Below, one piece after another: positions 1 to 10,440 of a DNA stretch of 64,000 bases. This DNA is from Octopus sinensis (lineage: Eukaryota): positions 187,860,001 to 187,924,000 of the forward strand of contig NC_042997.1 in assembly GCF_006345805.1 (NCBI RefSeq), in the 5' to 3' direction. The position numbers and the translations under genes were made by a program. The notes beneath the pieces were generated by a model, which was given only the letters and a program-made list of their open reading frames with translations, did not search any database and was not told the origin of the DNA. How positions within the stretch are numbered: position 1 is the stretch's first letter; every line of letters begins with the position of its first letter.

Positions 1-764
1 CTATTTTTTGGGAATTTAAAATCACAATTCAGTCTCTTCCTCATGCCAAATTGAACAAGACCCCTTAACCTCTCGTGCGTCTCACTGTCATCTACCATCG
101 TTTCTTATCACTCTTAGTGTATGCTTATAGAATACTCGGTATTTCCCCTTTACATTTGTATCTTCTGATGTGACTTCTCCAAGAGATTCTGTGTAATCAA
201 TTTAAAATTCAAACCTCAAACCGTGCTATAATTAATTTAGAAATGATTATTTCCCTTATAATAACTGCCGCCAGGGTATAACATGTGTTGAAATTACGTT
301 GGCTGTGAATTTTAAATATATGCACACAAACTGACGACGATACGTGTCTAAATAAATGGCTTTTCTAACATAACGAAAGATAAAGTAGTACGGAATAGCA
401 GTTTCAAACTATTATCTACGTACAAACGGCTTGTAAAATTCTTTCATAGTGATAGGGAAAATATTAAAAACTCTTTCACAAGGTAGAAATCTCTGGAAAC
501 AATTTATCCATATGTCGGACTTTCCCATTTTTTCTCTCTCAATTACAGAACTATTAACGATCAATGAAGATATTTAAAAACAAAAAGAATGCACATTCTA
601 TTAGTGTTATCTAAACATTCTCGTTTCGTAAAATGTTTAATTCGGCGTAATTTAATTGCTTAGGGTTATGTTATGCAGATGATTTCAAAAAAAGATGAAA
701 TGGGACTATACATGACTGCCTGTAACTCTAAAATTTAAGATCTTTGTAATGAGTATAAAAAAAT

Positions 765-985
765 AAGGAGTGGCTATAGGCGCAAGAGTGATTGTGAAGC
801 TTGCTTCCTTACCAACCAAATGGTTCCGGGTTCAGTCCCACTGCATGGCACCTTGGGAAAGTGTCATCTCCTATAGCCTTCGAGCCAACCAAAGCCTTAT
901 GAGTGAACTTGGTAGACGGAAACTGAAAGAAGCCCGTCGAATATGTGTGTGTGTTTGTCCCTCCAACATTGCTTGACAACCGATG
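765..985 (+). mobile_element. tRNA-derived SINE, family A (3'-truncated)
   Basis: B-box-like GGTTCAGTCCC, core GCACCTTGGGAAAGTG and body TTGGTAGACGGAAACTGAAAGAAGCCCGTCG, shared with at least 8 other copies in the window. Confidence 0.85.
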
Positions 986-1032
986 CGCATCTTCGTTATT
1001 CTTCGATTTAAAATTCAAACTTCTAACCTCAC

Positions 1033-1080
1033 CATGAATAATCTAGAAATGATTATCTCCCTTACAATAACTGCCGCCAT
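1033..1080 (-). CDS. possible translation-start exon (MAAVI or MAAVIVREIIISRLFM) of an unidentified gene running off the left edge
   Basis: Minus strand aagccATGG Kozak context, then in-phase donors GTAAGG (after codon 5) and GTGAGG (after codon 16); no homology recognised. Confidence 0.3.
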
Positions 1081-1189
1081 GGCTTGTCACGTTTTTCAAA
1101 CGCATGAGATGTTCGTCATTTAAAGACAGCCGAGGACTGACCTGACGACTTTGAATATACTTGCAATGAAATATGACATATCACAGGGA

Positions 1190-2490
1190 ATATAATAGTA
1201 CAAGCCAGTATTTGACTAGTACATTATCAATCCCGGAAGGATGAAAAGCGAAATTGACCTCGGCAGGATTTGAACTCAGCACGTAAAGAACCAAAAGAAA
1301 TGCCGCTAGGCATTTTTCCAACGCTCTAATGATTCTACCAGCTCGCCACCTGACATGGTGCTAATAATTGTTGGTACAAGGCCAGCAGTTTTAGGGAGAG
1401 AGGTGAATTGATTGCTCAACTAGTATTTATTTTATTGACCTCGAAAGGGTAAAAAGGCAAAGTCCACCACGGCAGAATTTGAACTTAAAACGTAAAGATC
1501 TGGGGAAGAAACGCCGTTATGCATTTTGTCCGATTTTGTCAAGATCGCCAACTTGTGTGATTCTAATAATCCTTTCTGCTTTTTGTCCAGCGTGATAACG
1601 ACTCAGCCAACTCGCCGCCTTACACATGATCCTATTGATGATTTCAAATTTTGGCACAAGCCTAGGAAATTCGGGGGAGTGGGGAGGAGGGCTAGTCGAT
1701 GACATCGACCCCAATGCTCAGCTGGTATTTATTTTATCGACACTGAAATGATGAAAGACAAAGTCGACCTCGGCGGTATCTGAACTGAGAAGGTGAAGAC
1801 TGACGAAATGCCGCTAAGTGTTCTGTCCGGCGTGCATACGATTCCGCCAGCTTGCTGCCTTAAATGTGATCCTAATAATCCTTTCTACTATAGGCACAAG
1901 GACTGAAATTTAGAGAGAGGGAACTGGTACTTAATTTATCGACTCCGAAAGATTGAAATGTAAAGTCGACCCCGGCGGAATTTGAACTCAGAACGTAGCG
2001 GCAGACGAAATACCGCTTAGCATTTCGTCCGACATGCTAACGATTCTCCCAGCTCGCCGCCTTAGATGTGATCCTAATAATCCATTTTACTATAGGCGCA
2101 AGGCCTGAAATTTGGGAGAGAAGGATAGTCGAATACATCGACCCCAGTGTTTCACCGGTACTTAATTTATCGACCCCGAAAAGATTAAAGGCAAAGTCGA
2201 CCCCAGCAGAATTTGAACTCAGAACGTAGTGGCAGACCTAATACCTATTTTTTTACTACCCACAAGGGGCTAAACACAGAGAGGACAAACAAGGACAGAC
2301 AAACGGATTAAGTCGATTACATCGACCCCAGTGCATAACTGGTACTTAATTTATCGACCCCGAAATGATGAAAGGCAGAGTTGACCTCGGCGGAATTTGA
2401 AATCAGAACGTAACGGCAGACGAAATACGGCTACGCATTTCGCCCGGCCTGCTAACGATTCAGCCAGCTCGCCGCCTTAGATGTGATCCT
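1190..2490 (-). mobile_element. head-to-tail array of about 7 tRNA-derived SINE family B copies
   Basis: Repeated minus-strand head GGCGGCGAGCTGG, B box GAGTTCAAATTCC and core GACTTTGCCTTTCATC..TTCGGGGTCGATAAATTAAGTACCAG (resembles the MetaSINE core); copies separated by variants of TTAGATGTGATCCT. Confidence 0.88.
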
Positions 2491-3286
2491 GATCATGACG
2501 ACGAAAAGGACATGGTTAACACAGCTGAAATAATTTTTTTAAAAATTAATAAATAAATAAACGTTACACACGCACATGATGAAAGTGCGTGATTAACTTA
2601 TTAAAGAACTAATGCAGTGTGAATTCATCACTAAACAAGAAGTAAAAGCAGTAAATAAACACAAAGAGAGATTGCTTTGACAATCATTTTCCAAAAACCA
2701 TCGAGTTGTGTTTGGTTCAGCATTTATCTTTGGTTTTGTAAGCAATGTTGGCCATCATTTTTTCCTAATGCAAATACAGTAAATTTTACTCATCCAGTTT
2801 GCTTTTTAAAATATCAAACAGAGAAGAATCCGGTTGAGATTCGAACCACAATTCTTAAGTTTATCTAGTCTTAAATCGCAATCTAAATTATTTCTACAAA
2901 AGAAAAATAGTCGGCATAAAAAAAATAGAATTAACGCTTACGCACTGTTTTATATATGGCCTAGCCAGTGACTGCAAAGGAAGCGTGCAAGTTTCTCCGC
3001 CAAACGGGTTTCATAACCTTCCAGGTTAACAGTTATTTAAAGGCGAGAACATTCAACTACTTTTGGCTATTCTCCTGGTTAATTCAACCTCACCAGAGAG
3101 CGACTTCAGGATCTGCATAAGTCGGTCGTTTTCCCATCTGGTAGTCTCTCAACATCTTTCTCTTCTATTCACAGGTCTTAACTAGTCGTGACAATTAACG
3201 AATATTTATTATATTCCCGGTACCACTGACACAATATTAATTTTTTAAATGCCCATATATAAATACAATGTGGTATTAGGAAAATA

Positions 3287-3691
3287 TTTTTCGGTTTGAA
3301 CGGCAGTTTTTAACAATTTCTAGGTAACTAAAAATTTTTAAACTTACTATACTGGTAGAATGTGTTTATAAAACATCTTTTTCTCTTGGCTTTATTGAGA
3401 AAATTCTTTAATTTGTAAAATATTTGTTTGTTTTGTTTTTTCTTCAATTTCTGCAATTTCAACCAATCACTGACGTCTATTGAGGTAAAAAAAACATTCT
3501 GTGCCGTATGAATATGTCCCTCGTTTAAGAAAAAAATTGGGTTTATTTACATTTGTGAAGAAAAAATGATACCCTTCCCCCTAACCCTAAAACAGGTTGA
3601 AATGCAATAGACCGATACTAGGATCATAATTATGGGTAACAATTACATATGACACCGCTTGAAAAAACTGCCGTTCAAACCGAAAGGATCC
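3287..3691. mobile_element. MITE / non-autonomous DNA transposon
   Basis: Terminal inverted repeats TTTCGGTTTGAACGGCAGTTTTT and AAAAACTGCCGTTCAAACCGAAA, about 400 bp, no ORF; related internal sequence at 42580-42890. Confidence 0.8.
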
Positions 3692-4353
3692 AAATATTTG
3701 GAAACTCAAATGAATCTTAGTGTGGTTATTGCCAACACATGTAACCTAACATCCTACCTGATACGAAAACAGATAGAAAAGATAAAACAAACAACCACAC
3801 TAAATATGTTTCGTTAGAATTTGTTATAGATTAAACATGAGCCTAGTGGTGGTAGACTTTTGGCTCCAAATCCTCCAAATTACACTTAAACAATATTTTC
3901 CCTTCATATCATTCGAGAAACTGAAAGGAAAGCGTCATACTCCTACATCGCAGTTACGTCACTAGTTTATCAGTTTCCGTCTTTCTTATAAAATGAAATG
4001 GGTTAAGTGATTTGATCTTCACTATTTGTTTCAGAGAAATTTGGTAGCTGTTTAGAAGCAGATCAAACGACAACTTTTTAACTTTTGCGAAAAAATATTA
4101 GTGGAATATGATTCGGTTTCCTATTTGATAACTCTTCTACTTGTAAGTTTTTAAAAGTTATTTAACGAGATATTTATTTCAATCATGTAAATGCTAAAAT
4201 GTAATTTTTAAAAGAAGAAAGAAAAAGAATGGACGCGTTGCATAAAACTGCAGTGTAAAACAGCGAAGGTGACACGCAGGCTGTTTTATGTGGTTCAGGA
4301 AGTGCAATGCTTCCGAAGTGAAATCGTTGTATGTCGTGTTACACGAACTAGCA

Positions 4354-4389
<36 letters not shown>

Positions 4390-4815
4390 GTTTATGTTCC
4401 GTTAAGATCAACAAAAGAAGTATTCCATCTAGTGAGAGATAAATATTCAATGTACAGAGTACAACGGTACCAGCTACTTATAGTTTCTGGCATTGGAGAC
4501 GCACATCTAAGCAAACTTTTATAACACACCTTGTGTTTGGTAACCATTTTTTAGGCTCTGAGCACATACTCTACTCACTTTAGAAAACAGGACGTTGGTA
4601 CAAGAGAAATCACGAGAAGTTAGATACAGAAAGTGAATAAAAACGAGAAAAAAAAAAGAAAGAAAATTACATTCGTGTCCCCTTTGACCGTAAAGCCATA
4701 ATTAAGCTGCAAGTTGTGGAACAATTTAACAGAGAGGGGTCCAAAATCTCGATACAGCTGCTCCATTCGGAGAGGGCGGTTTCCTCTCCTACGCCAAAAG
4801 AAGAGCAAGCTTCTT

Positions 4816-4873
4816 ATATATATATAAATGGCCTAAACCTATCAAAGTGTATATATATATATATAATATATAT

Positions 4874-4905
<32 letters not shown>

Positions 4906-4906
4906 C
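4816..4906. repeat. interrupted (TA)n microsatellite
   Basis: Direct reading. Confidence 0.95.
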
Positions 4907-5743
4907 ACTAGCTTACCCGTGTCGTCAGAAAAGCCTAGTTTTATTAATGATAAAAATGGCACGGTCAGATCAATCAGAAAAACAATTGAGTAAATATATG
5001 TTTATATACACAGAGCTGAACCACTTGAAGAAGTAGATACGGTTGTAAAGTCTCGGTTGAAAATATCGACCACATTATCGATATTATCTATATTAAATTA
5101 TCAATAATACATTAAAAGTGAGCTTGAAACTTGCTTGCTTGCAATGTTACCCAGCCAAACTGGCGTATAATGGGAAAATACTATCGGTTAAGTTGCCCCT
5201 GAAATGTGAATACGAACGGAATAAAACAAGTTTTGAGTAAATCGGACAACTGGTTATTGAGATACTAGGGGTTTTCGTGGTATAAATACCCCAAACGGTG
5301 CATAATGGGAAAATTCTCTGAAAATAACTTAACCTTAAAAGGGAAAAAACTCTAACCTTTCCATTAGACACAGTGACTTGATAACGAAAAAATACGATTT
5401 GTTTTTTCCAGTAAATGTTTCTATTTTCGCTTTTGTTAAGTGCAATACTTTAATCATTTAGAAATATTTTTAAGTGAAGGTGATTTAAAAAATGTAAGTT
5501 GTTTGTACAGTAAATATTAATATTTTAGCTTTCTTTAAACAGGCAATATTTTAATGGTTTTTAAATTTTCAAGTGAATACCATTACAAAAAATATTTTTG
5601 GTATATTTAAAAAGTATTTTAAAGTGAAAATGACTTTCAAAATACGGTAAATATTTCGTAAAAGACTAGTTCGTAACTTCGGTGTGAAATAATTTTTTTT
5701 TCCATAGGTTTTTTTTCGAGTGCATTCAACGTATCTCACCTTC

Positions 5744-5861
5744 AAAGATTTGGCTACTATTTCTAGCACGCCCTACTACCACGTAACAGCTATTTGCAAT
5801 AAAGACCCGAAATACCTGTTACGTTGTAGCAAGGCGTGCAAGAAATAGCAGCCAAATCTTT
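5744..5861. repeat. 118-bp imperfect palindrome with about 52-bp arms
   Basis: AAAGATTTGGCTACTATTTCTAGCACGCCCTACTACCACGTAACAGCTATTT pairs with AAATACCTGTTACGTTGTAGCAAGGCGTGCAAGAAATAGCAGCCAAATCTTT around a 14-nt loop. Confidence 0.9.
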
Positions 5862-6021
5862 CTTTTTCTGGGGGAAAGGAGCCGTTTATGCGTGATTTCG
5901 ATGTCACATTCGTTGAAAGCATGCGAAATAACCAGGAAAAGAAACAAACCCCACGAAACAAAACTCCGTTGGTGGGAAACTCAGACTTTCCCCGTGACCC
6001 AACGGGTCACGGGTGGTCTAA

Positions 6022-6022
6022 T

Positions 6023-6088
<66 letters not shown>

Positions 6089-6136
6089 GATAGATGATAG
6101 ATAATAGATAGATAGATGATAGATAGATAGATAGAT

Positions 6137-6188
<52 letters not shown>
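6022..6188. repeat. (GATA)n microsatellite
   Basis: Direct reading. Confidence 0.97.
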
Positions 6189-6189
<1 letters not shown>

Positions 6190-7121
6190 GAATGTGAACA
6201 ACAGGTGCATCTTCTCCACTCCTATTACATAAAACCCATAGCTTCTAAATATGTTGTTCACAAGAACTCAGCCTTGTCACACTACATGAAAATCAACATA
6301 CTGATAGCAGACTTAGGATAATGAATAACGTGTCCCCACTATGCAAAACCTATATAACAAAGAAACATGTACAGAACTTCATGCACCGCATGCAATTCTA
6401 TGGATATGATCAGAAAGATAGGGTTCGGGTATATAGGGGAGCTAGAAAGAAGTTAATAGCATTATATGTAATGAAACCAGTGGTATCTACTCTAGATATA
6501 GAAGTAAAGACTGGAATAGGATACAAAGAGTTTGTGACAAAATAAACAAGGTGAACACGTGGTACAAGACCGACAAATATCAAAGAGTGATGTTTGTAGA
6601 GGCCACAGCCCATGGAGAACTAGCCTGTAGATTTGGGAAAGCTCTGAAGGAGGCCGAACCCAACATTAAGATTGTTGAAAAGTCAGGGAGCTCCATCAGG
6701 GAGCTCCATCCTATGTAGGATGTACTCCTTTGAGAATACCACATGCACCAATGATAACTGCATGGTATGTAAGATTAACCCTGGCACTAACTGTAGGACT
6801 AGAAATGTAGTATACAGCATAAAGTACATAGAGGGTGCATGTAAAGACAAAAACATAGGTGAGACATATAGAAGCATTGCGGACAAACTAAATGAACATT
6901 TGAGATAATATGACGACAAAAAAATGTCCTCCATACTCTACCATCATGCCAAAGACCAACATGGAGGCACACTGGGTCAACTTGACATCGACATTTTTTC
7001 CAAGCACCCGAAGGACCCAACACTCAGACAAACACAAGAGTACGTCATCATAAATGAAACATCACCAGTACTAAGCAGGAAATATACATAGAAGGTAGTC
7101 ATGTAAGTAGGCTGTTATGTA

Positions 7122-7158
<37 letters not shown>

Positions 7159-7475
7159 GTAGGTAGGTAGGTGAATGGATATGTAAATAAATAAATAGAT
7201 AGGTACATAGGTAATACGAACAGACAAGCATACATACACAAATGAAGACTGAAACACATGACCATGTACACACATGCACATTTCATATACACACACACAC
7301 AAGGACACATTTGGAGACACATCCATACATAACAGATGTACGTACATAATCATACAAACCCATACACATAGACACACTCAAACATGCACACACAAGGAGG
7401 CATAAGTACACACACACATACAGACACACAAAAATGAATATGCAGAATATATACATACATACAAACGTACACACA

Positions 7476-7513
<38 letters not shown>

Positions 7514-7746
7514 TACACACACAAACAGATACATACATATGTGCATACACATGCATACTGGCGCATACACATGCGCACAAACAAACAAACAAAAAGAACG
7601 CAGCTCTGATAACGGACAGAGTCAACGACTATTGAAAAGTTTGCAAGATGCAACGAAAGTTTTAGAAAAAAATAAGTAAATGAGTGGAAATCGAACCGGT
7701 GAGTGTGTTAAATAATAAGGCACTAAAAGAGAATGGTTCTCCCCAG

Positions 7747-7749
<3 letters not shown>
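6190..7749 (+). mobile_element. Penelope-like retroelement remnant (RT C-terminus, GIY-YIG endonuclease, microsatellite-expanded 3' region)
   Basis: ORF pieces HRMQFYGY..RVRVYRGA and C-x4-C-x2-C..NCRTRNVVYSIKY..NIGETYRSIADKLNEH match the Penelope Zn-linker and GIY-YIG pattern; stops and frameshifts; flanked by (GATA)n and (TA)n. Confidence 0.8.

Positions 7750-7830
<81 letters not shown>
7750..7830. repeat. (TA)n microsatellite
   Basis: Direct reading. Confidence 0.97.
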
Positions 7831-7833
<3 letters not shown>

Positions 7834-7947
7834 TTAATCTTTATGTCCAGCTAAACATGGTTATCTTGTTGGAACACCAAATACAGTGTTATTGGCCTTG
7901 ACAGATTCTCTCATGTAAGCACTTGGTGCATAAAAGCACACACATAG

Positions 7948-8063
7948 TTGGGCACCCGAATTCCCATATCATGTGATTTCATTCTATTCGAAATAAACAG
8001 TGTGCGGCTCCAATATCACGTAATTTTATTCATCTGAAAGTCATCAACGGGAGGATCACCCAA
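7948..8063 (-). ncRNA. type I hammerhead ribozyme, degenerate core, long stem II
   Basis: Minus strand TTGGGTGATCC-TCCCG [TTGATGA] ~60 nt [GAAA] TCA-CA-TGA [TA] TGGGA-ATTC-GGGTGCCCAA; two-part stem I pairs; C3U change in the core; lies in a ~335-bp insert (7831-8165) between TA-rich tracts. Confidence 0.6.
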
Positions 8064-8174
8064 GACTAATAATGCAGTATTACGTTCTAACAAGGCATCC
8101 ATATTAAGTTGGATATAAAGATTACCGTTTAGCATTTATACTGCTTTTGTAGCTAATAATTTATACATATATAT

Positions 8175-8550
8175 TTCATCTTTTATCTTTTACTTGTTTC
8201 AATCGTGAAACTGCGGCTGTGCACCTTGAAGAAATTTTAGTCAAATGAATCGAACCCAGTACTTTCTTAAGCCTGCTATTTATTCTATCAAATCTCTTTT
8301 TGCCTAACCGCTAAGTTACGGAGTGGTAAACACACCAACACCGGTTGTCAAGCTCTGGGTGAGGCACACACACACATACATACATACGACGGGCTTCATT
8401 CAGATTTCCGTCTACCATATCCACTTACAAGTCTTTGGTTGGCCTGAGGCTATAGTAGGAGACATTTGCTCAAAGTGCTACGCAGCAGGACTCAACACGG
8501 AATCATGTGGTTGGGAAGCTTGTTACCACACCCACACACACACACACACA
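8175..8550 (-). mobile_element. SINE family A
   Basis: Reverse complement of the family A body and tail (TTTTACTTGTTTCA ... GGAAGCTTGTTACCAC). Confidence 0.8.
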
Positions 8551-8559
8551 CAGGCATCA

Positions 8560-9063
8560 AATGCAGTGTGGTCATGTGAGACGTATGGATGAGGAGAGCT
8601 GCATTAAGAACTACCGGTCTCTAATTGTGAGGGAAAAGTGTGGAAGGGCTAGACCTAGGAAGGACGTGGGACGAAGTGATGAGAAAGGGTCTTCAAACGT
8701 TTGGCCTCACAGCGGAGAAGTCAAAGGACCGAGACTTCTGGCGCTTTGCTGTGCTTGAGAAGACACGCCAAACTAAGTAAAATCGTGGTGGTCCATGCAT
8801 ACAGGCATGTCATTTATATCCCTCTCTGAGCTGAGAGATTCTATATTTGCGGGTTCGTGGGTACTTGTACCATGTAAAAACACCCGCGCCGGTTCCACGT
8901 TAAAAGCACCCAGTACACTCTGTAAAATGGTTGGTATTAGGAAGGGCATCCAGCCGTAGAGACCATGTCAAAACAAATAGATTCCGGGCAGCTCTCAAGG
9001 TGGCCAGCACCTATAGAACCGTCCAACCCACGCCAGTATGGAAAACGGACGTTAAATGATGAT

Positions 9064-9066
<3 letters not shown>
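8560..9066 (+). mobile_element. RTE LINE 3' fragment
   Basis: GHVRRMDEESCIK..GRARPRK peptide matching the RTE C-terminus, GGTTGGTATTAGGAAGGGCATCCAGCC motif and (GAT)n tail. Confidence 0.85.
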
Positions 9067-9119
<53 letters not shown>

Positions 9120-9290
9120 AAAGGGCTTAGTAAAATAATTACTTTGCCGCATACTGAACTCGTTAGAAATAGCAGCTAAAAAGACTATTTCTAACACTTA
9201 AAGAAAACCTCTCTCATATAGTGTTTGCTCAATTCAACTCAAGAAAGTATGAGGGTAGAGACATTAAAAAAATCAAATGCAAAGGTTATT

Positions 9291-9343
9291 TGAGTACGTA
9301 CGTTTCAAGATTAGCCAAAATCGACCCTTCTCTCATCAGCTCA
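9291..9343 (-). ncRNA. minimal type I hammerhead ribozyme (inverted copy)
   Basis: Exact reverse complement of 9907-9959. Confidence 0.88.
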
Positions 9344-9906
9344 GAATGCCCTTGTTTGAATTTGAAAACACTGAAAATGGGAGCATACCCTTTCGGCTTG
9401 TTATCGCTTCAGAAGATCTGTTCCAAACTAACAGTGCCAACAAACTCAAATATGCAAGAGAAAGATTTCTGCTCTCCCCTAAAGAGAGGTTTTCTTTAAG
9501 TGTTAGAAATAGTCTTTTTAGCTGCTATTTCTAACGAGTTCAGTATGCGGCAAAGTAATTTATTTTACTAAGCCCTTTTATATAATGTAATAATTTGAAT
9601 TTGCCTTAAATGGTCCCTTTGCATACTGAATACTTGGTGAAATTGATTAATTAATTAATTAATTTTACCCTCAATTGTTGAAATTATAATTCATCTCTCT
9701 CTACTTAATTGTCTCGGATTTTACCGAAAAAAGCATAGTGTTTGCTGATTTTAACCCACGCTGGTGGAAAGGGGAGAGCAGAAATCTTTCTCTTGCATAT
9801 TTGAGTTTGTTGTCACTGTTAGTTTGGAACAGATCTTCTGAAGCGATAACAAGCCGAAAGGGTATGCTCCCATTTTCAGTGTTTTCAAATTCAAACAAGG
9901 GCATTC

Positions 9907-9959
9907 TGAGCTGATGAGAGAAGGGTCGATTTTGGCTAATCTTGAAACGTACGTACTCA
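9907..9959 (+). ncRNA. minimal type I hammerhead ribozyme, intact core
   Basis: TGAG [CTGATGA] GAGA..TCTT [GAAAC] GTAC [GTA] CTCA: stem I TGAG/CTCA, stem II GAGA/TCTT, palindromic stem III ACGTACGT; predicted cleavage after 9955. Confidence 0.88.
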
Positions 9960-10289
9960 AATAACCTTTGCATTTGATTTTTTTAATGTCTCTACCCTCA
10001 TACTTTCTTGAGTTGAATTGAGCAAACACTATATGAGAGAGGTTTTCTTTAAGTGTTAGAAATAGTCTTTTTAGCTGCTATTTCTAACGAGTTCAGTATG
10101 CGGCAAAGTAATTTATTTTACTAAGCCCTTTTATATAATGTAATAATTTGAATTTGCCTTAAATGGTCCCTTTGCATACTGAATACTTGGTGAAATTGAT
10201 TAATTAATTAATTAATTTTACCCTCAATTGTTGAAATTATATATATATATATATATATATAATATCTTTCTCGTTTCTACTTCTCCTTC

Positions 10290-10440
10290 TTGAGCGCATG
10301 CGCAGTATTTTTTGGTTACTATGGAAACAGTTCTTCGCAATCAGCTGTGCAACACATGGCGCTTCTTTGTTTTGGTTACTATGGAAATAGAAATTTTCGC
10401 TACGGTGATATGTAAAATACTCGCTTCTGATTGGCTAAAA
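10290..10440. promoter_or_regulatory. promoter-like motif cluster (NRF-1 palindrome, two RFX X-boxes, CCAAT box)
   Basis: GCGCATGCGC 10294-10303; GTTACTATGGAAAC 10315-10328 and GTTACTATGGAAAT 10375-10388; CTGATTGGCT around 10430; may be transposon-borne. Confidence 0.4.

Larger units (their letters stand above)
9113..10240. mobile_element. non-coding hammerhead-bearing retroelement (retrozyme or Penelope pLTR-like): inverted copy + partial tandem copy + full unit
   Basis: 9113-9480 is the near-perfect reverse complement of 9770-10137; 9483-9688 repeats at 10036-10240 (period 553 bp); (TA)n on both sides; the 85-92 aa ORFs are antisense artefacts of the repeat. Confidence 0.8.

Noticed and set aside
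332-356. CTGACGA..GTCTAAA hammerhead-like string
   Set aside because: No GAAA, no stem III or cleavage triplet, no stem I
765-860. tRNA genes at SINE heads
   Set aside because: A and B boxes are present but there is no complete cloverleaf, and the sequence continues into SINE bodies
1350-2490. CRISPR array
   Set aside because: Eukaryotic DNA; the long units are SINEs and the short repeats look like target duplications; no cas genes
3093-3155. Minus-strand MLRDYQMGKRPTYADPEVAL followed by GTGAGG as a first exon
   Set aside because: No homology or partner exon; expected by chance
7071-7679. Cluster of Cys/Val/Tyr/Ile-rich ORFs (similar ones at 6007, 39579, 43702, 45466, 55492)
   Set aside because: Translations of microsatellites
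9221-10029. Four 85-92 aa ORFs as a duplicated gene
   Set aside because: They are two frames of the same inverted repeat, antisense to the ribozyme, with no recognisable motif
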